DNA of 58,231 nucleotides, counting the filler, from Sphacelaria rigidula (taxonomy: Eukaryota): assembly GCA_964200075.2 (NCBI GenBank). It is 4 parts of 4 records of this genome, joined end to end, with 100 filler letters (N's around TTAATTAATTAA, not from the genome) between each part and the next. Parts side by side here need not be neighbours in the genome. Positions count along the whole stretch, not along the records: positions 14,591 to 29,079 come from CAXNAA020002225.1; positions 29,180 to 43,662 come from CAXNAA020002226.1; 2 more parts are not named here. One strand, 5' to 3'. Shown one piece after another: positions 27,790-42,500 of this stretch. Position numbers and translations under genes: made by a program. Under the pieces are notes generated by a model, which was not told where the DNA came from, made no database searches, and saw only the letters and a program-made list of their open reading frames with translations. The stretch's first letter is position 1; the number at the start of each line of letters is the position of its first letter.

Positions 27790-28410
27790 TTATCATCACC
27801 CCTGTGGTGGAACCTACGTCACTACAACAGTGGAGAAATACAGATGACATTTCACGAAAACCCTGAACGGCTTTCACGGGGTTGATAGAGAAAGACTACA
27901 AGAACAATCGCAGTAGTACATGGATTGTCAACATCTATCGGTTTCACGTACACTCCCAGAGAGTACATGAAGGAGCATCCACGGCTGCCCGTTCTCTGGA
28001 AGCCCTTCGGCACGCGACAAAATCGCCGACGGCCTTGACTTTCGGTGGCAGATCACATATACTCTGTCCTGTACATGTCGATAACGGCCTGGGATTTGAT
28101 GACCACGACACAACCACCATCAACGTCGATGACGTGCGTCTTGCTAGTTGATCCTCTGGTGGCGCAGATGAACCACCCCCGCTCGAGCCACCACTCGCGA
28201 GTCTGGGGGTGAATGATCCTGACGGTCTACAGGGCTGATCATATTTCGTGTTCCCACTCAGCGGTACCTCGTGTTCCGTCAGATCCCAAACTGAAGAGCT
28301 TTTCAACATTGAATTATTATTGGTGTGCAGTTTTGAATGAAGGAGTTGGGTGGGTTGATCGATGGGAGGTACATGTTCAGGTCATGAGGTTGTGTTTGGA
28401 TTGAACCTAC
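27790..28410 (-). repeat. Cargo/core segment of the composite repeat (homolog of 48560-49165)
   Basis: The reverse complement aligns along its length with 48560-49165 (GGSSGGGSSAPP..VIDVDG..VVVIK..PKGF..SFMYSLGVYV-type reading in both copies, with frameshifts). Confidence 0.8.
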
Positions 28411-28422
28411 ATCTGTACCTCC

Positions 28423-28582
28423 CCAAGGTATATACCTGTGCTCATACCTGCAATCGGGTATATCTATAGCGGTATATCCAAACCCCGGGTAGGAGTGCGG
28501 GAGGCTTTCAGAGCTCACAGAACTGTCGGGTACCGGTACTGGATGAAAGTCTTACAGAAATTACAGAACTTGTCGGGTAATA
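28423..28582. mobile_element. Truncated CAAGG-family MITE
   Basis: Starts CCAAGGTATATACCTGTGCTCATACCTGCAATCGGGTATATC, the reverse complement of ~48435-48476. Confidence 0.75.
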
Positions 28583-28616
28583 TTGTAAAGCGTGTGTTGT
28601 CGTCCCATCTATGCTG

Positions 28617-28682
28617 TACACCGGTCTACACCTTCTCGGTATATGTGCACGCACCAGCCGGTGTCACACAGGAGGTGGAAAC
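28617..28682 (-). mobile_element. 3' fragment of the same SINE
   Basis: CCGGTCTACACC..TATATGTGCACGCACCAGCCGGTGTCACACAGGAGG aligns with ~20029-20083. Confidence 0.6.
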
Positions 28683-29079
28683 AGTGCGAGATACGGGAAC
28701 ATCGGAACAGTCGAATTATTCTTTGGTGCAGTCATCATGTGCCTCATGACCCTTTCGTTATCAGCTGTTTCCCCTTTCCCCTACTTGCAGGCGGGTGAAA
28801 CGACACACACACCCAGGGACCATGCCCGGGTATGGACTATGCACAATACTTTGACTACCAATACAGACTAGGCCGCCTAAGAAGCTCACTTTCCTTCAGC
28901 CCGTTCTAACCGTCGATGTATCGCGAGTTGAGCCTATTATGACACATGGTCGTAATCGGCAAATCAGCGCGCGTCTTCAAATCCATATAGCACTGCGATC
29001 CGACAAGGTGTCATCAAACGAAATACCAAGCTGTAATCAAGTGCGAAAGTGTGTAGAGTTGAGCGTACTATGTGCGGCG

Positions 29080-29179
29080 NNNNNNNNNNNNNNNNNNNNN
29101 NNNNNNNNNNNNNNNNNNNNNNNTTAATTAATTAANNNNNNNNNNNNNNNNNNNNNNNNNNNNNNNNNNNNNNNNNNNN
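29080..29179. other. Artificial contig linker
   Basis: Same 100-nt N/TTAATTAATTAA/N spacer. Confidence 0.98.
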
Positions 29180-29218
29180 GATAGAATTTTTGTGTGGTGG
29201 GAATTGTTGTGGTGTTGT

Positions 29219-29254
<36 letters not shown>

Positions 29255-29957
29255 CTATCGCAGCGTCAGTCACGCGGAATACTAAAAGTTCGAATCTCCG
29301 TATATGTGGCGTCAGTTTTTTTTTTTCTCACAAGTATCTCACAAGTATCTGATATCCGTCATTGCAAACGTGAGGACGACGTGAGTGGTGAGGAACAAAT
29401 ATTTGACGACAGCCGGCGCCGTGCGGGAGTGCTGATGCAAGCGGCACTACCGAAACGCAGGGCGCGTACCGGGGTAGAAGGGTGGCTTCATCCCGTGAGA
29501 CGGCGGGCTCATTCCGAGGAAGGCAGGAGTTGAATGAAAGTGTGACGTGAATTTTTTTTTTTAATCAGGTAACCTGGCAGGAGCTCAGCATTGCAGTTCA
29601 GAGTAGAGCTAGGGTAACTATTTGAGGAGAAAAATTGAAGTTGTTGAGTGCCTAGGAGGGCGCCCTTTTTGAACTGATTTTCGTCAACGAGCAGTGAGTT
29701 AATATTTCACGCCAGCGAACTCTACATGCCTTTGCCATCGTTATCAAGAAATCATCTTAACCGAATCGTTTGATCAGTGGACAGATCGGCTGACTCAACG
29801 CATCGCACCCCACGACGACTTGAGTCGTTGTGTCACATCCTGGGCGCACCGACGGTAAGTAAACCAATATACTGCTCGACATAAAACTTCGAGCAATTTA
29901 AGGATTGAAGCCATGCAAAGTGCTACGCCGCTGATACAATTACACCCGCCGCCTCAC

Positions 29958-32900
29958 TGCCAACAGACTCGCCTCTGTAGGTTTCTCGTAAACCTCACTA
30001 GACCACAGCCCGCAGTGCGTGTGCACCCACGTCCCATCGTCCAGCGGCAGCAAGCGCCCCGATACCGGATCGTCACCTACGTCCTTGCACAAGATACACG
30101 CTCGGTAGTCCTAAAAAAGACGAAGGGAGGTAAAAATCGTGCGGGCGGGGAGGGGGCAAATAGACATCGTCAGAATGTACAAGATATGGTTTAAAGGTCG
30201 ATTGGAACGGCCGGCCTAGTTATTCTCTGATCCTGCACAGTCAACTCTACTTCGGTATACTTTGCTGAGAACAAAAATTAAGACGAGGAAACGATACTGA
30301 GAATACCTATTCCGAAAAAAAAACGGAAACAGAACAAAACAATGGGACGACAAATCTGAGTGAAAAGTATGAAGATAGAAATGAGGATGAAACAATATGT
30401 AACAGAATGAAAAGTCGAACACTGAGAGGGGTGATGAGAATGATGAGAACGATGAGAGTGATGGGAATGGCAAGAAGATGACGAACACGGAGACAAATGG
30501 CTGCGTGAGCGTGCTCTGCTACGCTTCGCTCACCCCCCAAGCTCCCAACTCCATCGCAACGTTCGCTCCCCACCCACGGAGGGGTTTCGTGGTGAGTCCC
30601 TCAGCCTGAGCGTCGATCCTCTTCCTGTTGACGACAACCGTCCCGTCCTGCAACAACCCGCCGTTCGCGTCTGCTTCGTTATAACTCTTCGAGCTCCGTC
30701 GAGCCCGTGCGGCCACCGCCGCCGCCGATACCGATTTTGTCACCGCAGCACTCCCGCTGCTGACACTCCTTGCGTGGACGCTGCCGGGTAGACCTTGACT
30801 GAGAAGGCTCGGGGACACGAGGGCCCCTACTGCCCCTCCCGCTAGCATCACGTCCCCTCCCTTTCGCGTCGCCGCCTGTGCGCCTAATTCTTTACTGTCG
30901 GAAAGGCCTGGTGCCGCGGAGACGGCGGCGGCTGCAGAGGTGGCGGCGGCAGCAGCGGCGGCAGCAGCAGCGGCAGCAGCGGCGGCGGCGGCACCACGCT
31001 TCTTCGGCCGTCCTCTCTTCTTCTTTGAGGCGGCAGAGGATGATGTTGACGCGGACGGCTTCGCTGCTGAGGACGTCGTGGACACCGCCGGCTTCACTGA
31101 TGAGTGCGGCGGTGCCGCCGCCGCCGTCGCCGCCGGCGAAGAGGGCCGCGGGGTGACGTCCGATGACGAGCTCGACATGCCGCCGCAGCCGTATGCAAGA
31201 AGCTCCGACTGGTTTATCTCGTTCATCAGCGCGCCGGCGGCTGCCGTCGCTCTTTTCTTCAAAATGCTGTCTACGGCAGCGGCATCGGCCGCTGCGATGG
31301 CCGACGTCTTCGCGGCCTTCTCGGCGTTCGCTTTGGCATCCGCCGCGCGCTTGGCTGCGCCATTACGTGCCCGCTTCGCCGCCACGGTCGCACGCGCTAC
31401 CTTGGTCTTAGCTTCACACGCCGCTGTCGCTCGATGGTCGGCCTCCTGCGCCGCGGCCAGAAGACGGGCGCCGTTTTGCCCTGTAAGGACAGGCGGCCAC
31501 GGCGGCCGCTTGCGGTCGACCGGGTTGTTGTGGGAGTGCTGGCCTGCCGCCGCCTCCGCCGAGGTAGCAGGGCAGTTACCGCGGCCAACCCCTAACCCCT
31601 CTGGCGCACCGCCCGGTGTTGGGGCAGCTCCACCCGCGGAATCTGCTCGTCGTTCTGCCTGCTGTCCAAGGTTGGTGCTGTTAATCGACCCGCTTTCCGT
31701 ACACGCATTACGCGTCCCGCCTGCATGCGAAACGGCCGGCGGCACCCCAGCGTGCCCTGCCGTACCGGAGGTGGCATTGCCAAAGAAAGCGTCCGGACGT
31801 CGTCCAGCAACGGCTGCCGACGCTGCATAGCCTGCTGGGGGGACTCTGCCGTTAGCCTCAGATGCAACGGTGGGAGGTGCCGCGGGAGGAATGGTATGTC
31901 GTGCCCCTGACAAATTGGACAAGTTGTGAGACTCGCCTGCTCCAGGCGGTGATGGTAACGATGCCGGGGGTGATTTTGCGAAGGACGCGCCCCCTGCTCG
32001 AGTTACGAACTGTTCATTCTCCAGTTTAGGACCACCGCTACTCCGGACGCCATCTATCGCCATATTCACTGCAGCGGCGGTGCTCACTGCATTGTTCGTT
32101 CGTCCATCGACATCCATCATCATGACATCTCCGCTCTGCTGACGCTGCTCCAACACAGCCTCCGGGGACGGACCCAGCAATCGTCTCCGCTTTCTCGACG
32201 CATCCACATCCTCTTCGATACAAAAGCCACCGCAACCACTCTCAACATCCCTATTCCGCGTCTGACCTACACCCGCGCCGCCGCCTCCTACACCGCTGCT
32301 ATCCTCGCTAACCAGCCCACCCTCCCCGCTGCCACCGTCCGGCGGGCGTTGCTCGATGAGGAAGCACGGAGGAGTTAGTGCCATGGACTTGGTGAAGTCA
32401 TCTGGCCAGGGGAGGGTAAGCTCCACCCCGGATACCGCCAGGAACGCTGCCGCTGAAAGCACCTGCCGCACGAGCTGAGGTGTAGCGATAGTGCAGGGTG
32501 GGGGAATGAATTGGGCCGAGGGGAGTGAAGTACGATACATCGTTTGTAATACCCTCGACCAGGATGAAGGGAGAGAAGAACAGCAAGGCGAACAGGCACG
32601 AATTCAAGTCACATTTTTAATGAGGATTGCCGCCTGGCGTCGAAAATAACATTTTAAAAAAAAAAACAGGTGAACAGCTGACGTACGACTACCACAAACC
32701 GACACAGGAAATAAACCGAAAGTAACAGTGATCGATACACAAAAAACAAGCCAGTACACGTACAGGATATCTTGGCAACGCGGGACATCACTCCGGCCCT
32801 CACAACTCACGTTAGAGATATGCGGCTCGACCCCTAGCGCTCGCTCCGCCCTCCGCTTGGCCCGTAGGCGTTCTCCGAGACGATACCGTTGCATACGGAC

Positions 32901-35900
32901 GAAACGAGCAGCTCTAGTTCGCAGCCAGTACGGGACTTTTTCCTGTGCACAAATTGACGGGAAGCACAACGGTCAAAAGCGAGGGAACTATGAAGAGAGG
33001 ACACTCACAGCAGCCCTCAGTGGCAGTCACTATGGAGGGTCGAAAATCGGGCTACTGGATCATCATGGGAGTTTCAGGCTCGCGCGGTAGAACGCGAACC
33101 CTTTCCCCTAGAGTAAACACGAAGCGACCATCACAATCGGGAAAACCAATCGAAAGTGCCTACTCGTACACAGCTGAAACGGTAAAGGCGTCAAAAACAG
33201 GAGAATGTGAACACGTACATATAGAAATAAATCTGTGCTTGTGTGGAAACACTTCAAAAGCAGCAGAAAAGGGTTCATCAGTGAACCAGCACGAAGTTCC
33301 AAAACCATGGGTAAACCTCAAAAATTACTTCGAAACAAAGGGAGAAAAACGGCGAACCGACCTGTCGCCATCAGTAGAGATGACGACTCAGTGCCGTACT
33401 CGATTTCCCAAACGGACAAAAAGCAGGTAGGCATTTCTGTTTCAACACGACGTTACCCAACACTCCCATTCACAGTCTAACCCGACCTAAACCAATCTAA
33501 CTACGTCAAATCGAACCAAACCGAATACGACCGAACTATTGGCATACCTGCTCCACTGCCGTCGATCCTACCATTTCGCTCACACCCACTTGCTTCTCTG
33601 GTGCTCGAAGGAGGCCAACCCTTGGTAGGTCGGTGTCACACCGAAGGTGGAGAAAAGAACGTCAACAAGCGTCAACATGAACCCGTGGAACGGGGGCGGC
33701 GGGGATTGAGAAAGCCATCACGGAATACAATGTGCGCACGGTCCGGGGGGGGAAATCAGTTTTGCCTGAAAGTGGTGGGCGTGAAACGGATTATCGGCAC
33801 CGCCACAGCGCAAGACAAGGAAATTTGTATGGACACTCAACCCTTGAGCTGTGAGGGTAGGTCATCCCATGAATCATTTCCTCTCGCGAAATAACTGTAC
33901 GACCTAGATGACCCACCCTGGCGGCCGAAGGGATGACTCCACCCAATACGGGATAGGGGGACGTGGAAAGGCGGTGGCAGTGGGGGGGGTGAGGGTGCTG
34001 GTTTGACGTAGATATGCAGCTATGCGGTTTTGGCAAGATGAGATCATAAATCACCATACAAACAAAACCAGGTCAATCATACGCTCTGAAATACCAGGCG
34101 GACAAAACTTGCGGAGTTTCTGGAAATTCCACTTCTTCACCAAGTGTTCAACGACTGGTGGCACATCAAAATTAGTGCGATTCACCACCTGTCCAGTGCC
34201 ATGTCCACGACAGCCTGATACTTGTCCCGCGAAGCCTCCCAATGAGCCCACTGCTTCTCATCTCTCTGTCGCCTGGACGTCTCCTCGTCCCGGGCTCCCA
34301 CCTGGAATCACTCAGAGCATTATCGAGATTTGTCGGGCAAGGATGGGCGGAGCAGGGGGGCGGGATTCCCTATCTGGCAAAAGGGGTTCCTCGAAGATGT
34401 ATTCCTAGTTCTTGTGTTCGATGTTGTGTGTTGATCTGGTTGATTTCCGCGAAAAAAAAAAGCTTTTCGTGTTCTCCTGCTTGAAATAGTGTGCATTTTT
34501 ATCCTTCGTTGAATATTCCTTTCAGCGAGACACTGACCTACCTGTTCGACGGTGGCATGGCCGGGTTAGCGGGAATTGCTGACAACAATGACAACAACAG
34601 CAACAACAAACGACGACGATAAAAAGCAAAGGTTGTGTTCCGTGGGGTCTACCGGCTGAAATTATTGATCAGGCATTCACAAACGTGCTACAAGAGTTTT
34701 TGGTCGGAAAATACCCTTCCGAACCATACCGGAGTGTTCGGAGCAGCGCTCGATACCCTGCCGAACCGTTGTACTGGAATGTTCTACGCACATTCCGATA
34801 TGGTTTGGTACGCATATCAAAATCTCCTACTTTCGGATATACCCTATATCCTACAGAACACAACCTCGACAAATACACAACACCAACCTCAATATCGACA
34901 CCGACAACAAAGGCGACATCAATAATGGTAACGACGGATCACTCACCACAACTTTTCGACGTTGCTGGATGGCGAACACTCGCTGTGCAAGCAGAGTAGC
35001 CTCTGGAGATTTGCCGAGATGTGTCGTCACAAGCCGACTGCCCTCCAACATAGATGGTGACGACGGAGACGCTGACCCCGTGTCTCCACCGCGGTCCTCC
35101 GCGCCCCAGCGCTCCGATGGCGGTCTCCTGCGCCCGTACACAACAAGGAAGATATTGTTCAAGGACCAACACGAGGACGAAAGTAGGGGAGGGGGGGGAA
35201 GAGAAAAGCAACAAGGGGGGGAAAGAAGTGAAAAAAATGCAGCGTGTGAAAAAACGGTTTGTTCTCGGTTTTTCATGATTGTTGGTATAAGAGGACGGAA
35301 CATGAATGGATACAAAACCCCGACATAAACAATGCATGATGACAATGCGCACACACACTAAAGTGAACATGGTGACGAGAACATACATGCAAAAAACAAT
35401 GGCTTGTTCTTCATTCAAGACAAAAGCGTAAAACACAATAAAGACTTGCATTACCGCCCGAATTTTCGCCCGTTGCAGCAGCAAGATTTGTCCGTTTCAT
35501 GCGTGTAGTATCGAGAAAAACAGGTCCAACCATTTCGGCTTTTTTTCCGCAGACAAAGTCGCAAGGTTGGACAACACACAGAGGGCTCGGGCAAATCGAG
35601 AAAAAGGCCGTCAGCTAGTAAGAACAGCACGGCACACACCGATTACAAAACAAAGCGCATCCCGGATTGTCCGGCAGGGGAAAAGAGACGAAAAAAATGA
35701 AAGAGGAGACTCACGCTCTCCATTCTTCCTCCTCTTGTTTCCAGACATCTTCCCTAGCCTTGCCCATGGCCTCGGCCGCCATCGCCACAACACGCGCCGC
35801 CTCCTCCTCCCGCGCCTGTCGATATGTGTGTACCATACTCCAATGTGTCATACTCTAGTGTGCGTGTGTTCGTGTGTGCGTGGTCGGATGATACACAACA

Positions 35901-38900
35901 ACAAAAACGCTGGATCATGGTCGTGGTGAGCGCTACTTTGGACTGCATCGACGGAAGTGATGGAACATAACACCCCCTCAAGCGGTACAACAGTGCCGTG
36001 GGGTTGAGGAGTACATGCGGGGCAATAACAATGTCCGAGCATCACTTTGGTCCTCAACGGCGCTGGCCACGCCGAAGCGTGTCATTAGATAAACCATCTC
36101 GTTTTGAACAGAGAATGGCGGTTGGACCTTCGGAATAATGTTATACACGAGGTCATCCTACAAGCTCTCCCAAGATCGCAATCTACTGGTGGGACAGGGG
36201 GCATGTGCCCAAACCACAACACGGGAATATGACGCGGAAGCGATTACTAGATAATATGAAGAAATGTGGCTAATCTTGTCGATGTGGCCAGGCAGGAAAA
36301 CCCGGGGGGGGGGGGGTTCCGTAGCATAATCGCGGCAATGAGAGGCGGTGTTAATGGCACGTATATGTCCCGTAACCACACTACCCCAAGGCATAACATG
36401 ATGTCACACGAAATGCACGATGTTGTGCACGACACCCCCTTGTGTAGAAATTCCTCACCTTGGAAAATAGATGACACTGTCCAAAAATGTATTTCGTACA
36501 GTATCGAATCTACCGTCTGTTGCAATAGACACAACAGTCGATACTGTACGCAATACCCTTGTTGACAATGTCATCTATTGCCATTATCCAGTATCGATCA
36601 ACACAGAAGAGGAAAACTCAGAACAGAAAAATGACACACCTCAGCCTCCCGATACGCCGCCTCGGCAGTCTTCGCAGCCGCGCTCGCCTCTGCCGCCAGT
36701 TTTGCCGCTCGTTCCGCCGCCCGTTCCCGAGCCACGCGCCTCTCCTCGATCGCCTCGGCCGCCTTCACCTCGGCCGCCTCCGCAAACAGCAGCATCGCGC
36801 TGGCGGGACCCGCCACCTCTAGATCGCTGACAGCACCGGAATCTCCGCCGCCGACGCCCCCGCTGTCGCAACCGGTGGCGGCAGCAGCAGCAGCAGGAAA
36901 CGGGGAGCCGCTAGACAGGATGTCGTTATCGTGAGGTCTCGTTGTGACAGTGTCTTTGCCGGCGGCGGCAGCGGCGTGGGTCAAGGGCGTGTTGCGGATG
37001 GACTTGGGCGGTGGTGGAGCGTCCAATATTCGACCGCGGAGGTCGAGGTCGTCTTGCGCTAGACACACCTTGCAGAAGTACGCCGACTGCACCGCGCCAG
37101 TGTGTGTTGATGGGACCGTGTGTTGGTGGTGATGGGGGAGAGGGGGGGGTCAGCTTGGCAGGACATTAACGGATATGAAAACTTGTATGGACCTCTCCTG
37201 CTCATGACCCTGAAATCCTACAACAATGCATCCGTACGTACCTTAATCGAGATGAAACCCATGAGGCAGCATGAGAGATTGGCTTTCAATACGCTCGACG
37301 GGGGTCACTGTTGGTGCTGGCTTTGGAAAATTGATTCAGTATCACACGTTTCAACTCGGACCGTTTCGTGCGTTGCGAGGTCTTGAGAGATGAAAAAAAG
37401 TCCGATTGATTGAGGTGAACAGGGCACAGAAAGCACAGCTTGCAGAACAGATTGACAGCAGGTTCCATGCCCAGCGCACATAGAGTGCCTCATGAAAACA
37501 TGCCCCCTCAGTTGCTTTCTCATACATGTCCGCTCATTTGTGCTCTCAGGACGATCATTTACCGCGTTCATAGAGCAAGCTGCGTTACGGCTGATAACAG
37601 CTGTGTGCGTAAGAGGCGTTTCAGCGTGCGCGTGTTGTGTGCAACAGATCGTGTTCCATTTACATGTTACGAGTATCATGTTTCAGAATGGTGTGTTGAA
37701 CCCCTAGTTAGTCACCATTCCAGCTACCCAGTCACATCATTCAGCTCCTCAGTAGCAAAGAGCCTACTCAAGGGTCATCCCTAGTTAGTCACAATTCCAG
37801 CTACCCAGTCACATCATTCAGCTCCTCAGTAGCAAAGAGCCTACTCAAGGGGTCATCAGCCATCAGCTTGGAGAGATCTCGCCTGAATTCAAGTCAACAC
37901 TCCTTCTCTGCACGTGACAGTGGGTCTATGTTTGGTGCAGTGATGCATAGGACTCCCCGGTCTTGAGTCCCGTGTGCTGTACACAGCTGGATGCACCTAT
38001 TATTACTGCTGACCGTTTGCTCTGCAACCCCCGACTTGTGCACTTCTGAGCGTCGCCCGTGTACCCTGAGACTTCACCACACCATGTTGATCAATCTGAG
38101 AATCGAACTCGGGTTTCCACAGCTGTTCGACTTTCCCGGACCGTTCTTGGCGTCCTAGAGAACGATCTTCGAGCGACTACTTACATCCCGGTCCCGGAGA
38201 GCGACGCTAGCCCCCTTGTCACACTTGTCGTGGACCCACAGCTTGCAGGCTGCACACGCGCTCGTTCGGTCATCACTAGCATCCACTTTCTGTAGCACCC
38301 GGAGCGAACACAACAACAAAGAGCGCACGGGGAGGATGGCAGGGGGGGGCGAAAGGGGGGGCATTCAACCTCGTGAGCAATATATAGACCCCAAGAAACA
38401 TGTACGTACGCGCGGATAGACACACACGCACCCGATTTATCTTCTCGATTTCGAAGCATCTGCGAGCTGGACACATACAGTCCAACTTCCAGTCTCCATA
38501 GCAAACTAAATTTAGGAAGAGCGAACCGAACACTAACATTGACACAGACACAAGCGCGCGCGCACATCTCCGTCTGTCGGACACATGTAAGTCCAACTTC
38601 CCTCTGACAACGGCAACGATTATACGAAAAGCACGCACACATGAAAATGGAGCATACCTATTACACTCGAGCCCAACGCAAGCTGACCGTAGCCCCAAAC
38701 CCAAACCCAAACCCCGACGATCCTAACCCAGCCCGAAATCCAACCTCACCTTCCGGCAAACGGGACACTTCCCTTCTCCGCACGATATCGACACATTCCA
38801 CTCTCGCATACCATCCAGCGGCCACAGCAACACCTCGGTCGCGCCATGCGCAGCCGCCAGCTCGGCCGCCTCCAGCTGGGCTAACTTCTGCTCCGATACA

Positions 38901-39448
38901 ACAGGCACCGCCGGTGCGAGTTTCTGTTCTGCAACAAGCTCCGCCTTCGCTCCGGCGGCAATACCTCCCGACGCCGGCCCCGACGCCCCTGTCGGCACTG
39001 CAGAAACCGCGCCTGCTACAATAGCGCTGCAGTCTTTACCCGCCGGCGGGCCCTTGCGTGCTTCTGCAGCTGCCTTCCGCCGGGCGTGCGCAGCCTCTTC
39101 GAAGCGGTATCGCGCGATACCCACGCGGGTCACAGCCTCCCTGCATATTTCGTGGGTAGACGTCTCGAATGGTCACGTAGGGAAATATCGTGTGTATTTT
39201 TCCGACGTGTGTAGTTACTCTCCCGGAAACAATGGTTTCGCCGACGCATGAAATCGCGGCAAAATATAAACATTGCGGGGGGGGGGTACAGATTACCGCG
39301 ACCTGAAAAGAAGGGTCAGAAGTGACACAGACAGTGGGTACGTGTAAACCCCGACAGCGACATCGTACAGAGCAGATTGCTGGGCAGGGGCTATTTGTGC
39401 ATCAACCAGCGAGCTCAAGTATTTATTTTTGTCGAATCAGGGCGTATA

Positions 39449-39505
<57 letters not shown>

Positions 39506-42500
39506 CTTGCTTGGTGCTTAGACAAGACCGTGAAGAACATACTGCGTGAATTTGTTCCAAACTGACGTCGGTTTCTTCTTTTTCTCTGCTCCTTCAATTG
39601 GATGATGGGGTCAGCAAAGACATTGTTGGAACATGCGCGCAACTTTCCAGAACACATTTGTGAGTCTGCATGTCTGTAGATGTTCCTATTGTCCACCTCT
39701 CCAGTGCTCGTCGTCCTCGAAGCTCGGCGGAGAGTAGCGTCCTCCTTGCTTCAAGCTCCAGCTGCCCTTCCCTTTTTCGGTCCTCGAGTACGCACTTTTG
39801 GCAGCTGTCCTTCGTACAGCTCCACGATGTCAGTTTCTGCGGTCCAAGGGTGGGAAACAGAACATTGATCATAGATGATCCAATGTAGCTTTCTACAAGG
39901 TTGTGTTTAACAATAATATAGGGTATACCGAATATTCCGGTACGGTCCGACAGGGTATCGAGCCCTGTTGTGAACAATCCGGTATGGTTTGGAAGGGCAT
40001 CTTCAACTAAAATACCGCTTTTACAGTTCTGCACACTATGGACAACATATGGTCAAAAGGTGCAATGGGCAGAAAATGTACTGGGTAAAGTATAGACCTA
40101 TTGCAACTATTGACGGTCGACAATAGTTGCATTAGGCGTATACTTTACCCAGTACATTGTTGTCCATTGCACCTATTGGGCGTCATTACAGTAGTTGCCA
40201 TAGGCCGATACTTTACCCGGTACATTTTTGTCCATGGCACCCATTGGCTATCTATACTTTACCCAGTATATTTTTTGTCCATTGCACTCATTGACCATAT
40301 AATATTGTCCAGGGTGTGCAATTCTGTAAATATTCGAATTTCAGTCGGTATATTTAGACCCTACAGCGCACAACCTTGGAATTTGAATTTTGCGCTCAAA
40401 TACACGTTTCACTATTACACGAAGTTCATGGTGTTCGAGGGTGATACTTTTTGTAACTGCTTGATTGGTTGCTTGGTTGTGCACGATTGAATTTTTCGTA
40501 TTTCACTTATTCTCGAGCTTTCATCGATGGAACAGCCAGATTTTGCTCAACAGGGCTGCTGTACTTGTTGGGCTTCCAACCCGCAACTCTCCAGGGGGAA
40601 TCGGGTATGGCATTTCCTACATTTGGACATTTCGAAAAATCAACCTCCAAGTACCCAAAACTTGAGTAGATTATTGAGATCGTACTCAACAGTACCCACA
40701 TATTGGGTAGAGTAATGCCATCGTACCAGACTTCACCCAATTGTCGGGTAAGAGTTTGGTCATCTGATCATCGCAACACCAAATTCGGGAGAGCAAGCAC
40801 CCCGGTATTTCGCCAACTCAACACACCCGAGCTACTGCCCACCTTAATTAACCGTGGGTTACACCACCGGGACGCCGGCATTTTCTGTTCCTCTTCTTCA
40901 TTTTTTTCAGTCACGTTATACATACAGTTATATCTGCATGTCCAAACACGCCCAGATGGATTTCGGGACCCGCAATCCATGGAAAGAACGTTACTATGAG
41001 GTCACCTCGGTGAAAAGTCATGAGTGTCTATTCCCCCATTCCGTTCAATTATTTCATCATATAAACCCCAAGTATTATTTTTTCATCTTTCAACGTCAAT
41101 ATTCTTCCCATCTCCGATTCTTTCAGGGGATTCATCAATCAGAAAGTGACTTCAAAAGTATACTGACGAAAAAAATGTTCTGGAGTGACCACCACCATAC
41201 TTTCCTCCGATTCAAGGGGATATATTCGGTGACCAGAAATTCACGTGAAATATGAATGTAGTGACTGAACACAAAAAGTTCCGGAATGATCAATGACCAT
41301 CACTACAAGACTCCCCTATTTGAGGGGATTTGGGGAAATCAAAATAATTACTTCAAACACATACCGACGAAAAATGTTCCGAAATGACCGTCACTGCTGT
41401 ACCTGAGGTTCGCTGCAAGTCGCGCAGCAGACGCACTGCCCGCAAATCCAGACTCCCTCTGGCGGTTTGGTCGGCGCAGGAGTAAGACAGTACGTATGAT
41501 ATGCGCGGTCGCAAAGCTCGCAAAACACGAGAAGCTCGTCGTCGTTCTTGCGAGACTGGGTGCACACCTCGCATACCTGTACAGCCGGGGTTTCGGAACA
41601 ATATACGGTCGAGCGAGCAACAGGGAGTCAGTCAGTCAGTCAGTCAGTCAGTCAGTCAGTCAGTCAGTCAGTCAGTCAGTCATTCAGTCATTCAGTCAGT
41701 CAGTCAGTCAGTCAGTCAGTCAGTCAGTCAGTCAGTCAGTCAGTCAGTCAGTCAGTCAGTCAGACAGTCAGACAGTCAGTCAGTCGGGTGTTATCTTTTT
41801 ATTTCATTTTATTTCGTCGTCCTAGGTCGCCCCGGTGGCTCAGTTGGTATCGTCGAAACCTTCTGACGGTTGGGTTGTGGGTTCGAATCTCGGAACGATC
41901 TGGGATTTTTTCTCACACCATGCCCAACAGTGGAGAGCGACCATGCCGTGGGTACACAAATTCGATTTCACGGTCGACGGGGCAAAGGGATTGCTGAACC
42001 TCTCTCGCGAAACAAAGTCAAGCACCGCAGAAGGAAGGAGGAGTACGGTGCAACAAAGGGCTTCGAAATGTGAGCAATAATATTACATGCATCGGAAAAT
42101 CAAGGGCGAGGGGGGGGGGAGGGATGACAGTCGACGAAAAGGGGGGAGGGATGACAGCTGACGAAAATACACAATATGAAGTGTCATTTGGGGTGGTGTC
42201 CGCCAAGCATCTAGAATCCCTTCAGTGGTGGCAGTCGGTAACCGGCTAGATATTGTTCCGACCAGCGTCCTCGCTGCCCTGACACTTTCATAAGTAATGC
42301 CGCATGGGACAGATGGTACCGGCACGTGAAACGTGCAGCACAAGCCACATACACTACATGACGAAAATAAATCACTTCATCGTGCAGTCAGCTAAACAGC
42401 CCGGCATATATGGCTCGAACTCATTCCTCTGCTAAACGATTAGAAGCGCACAGGATCGTGAACGAAGATCGCCCCGGTGCCTCAGTTGGAAACCTCGACA

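Noticed and set aside
30940..31830. 296-aa plus-strand ORF
   Set aside because: Antisense shadow of the GC-rich, Ala-rich large exon of the PHD gene.
41825..41900. SINE heads as functional tRNA genes
   Set aside because: A and B boxes are present, but no consistent acceptor or anticodon stems form, and all copies continue into a shared non-tRNA body.
41496..41997. SQSV-repeat ORFs in three frames
   Set aside because: Translation of the (TCAG)n microsatellite within an intron.
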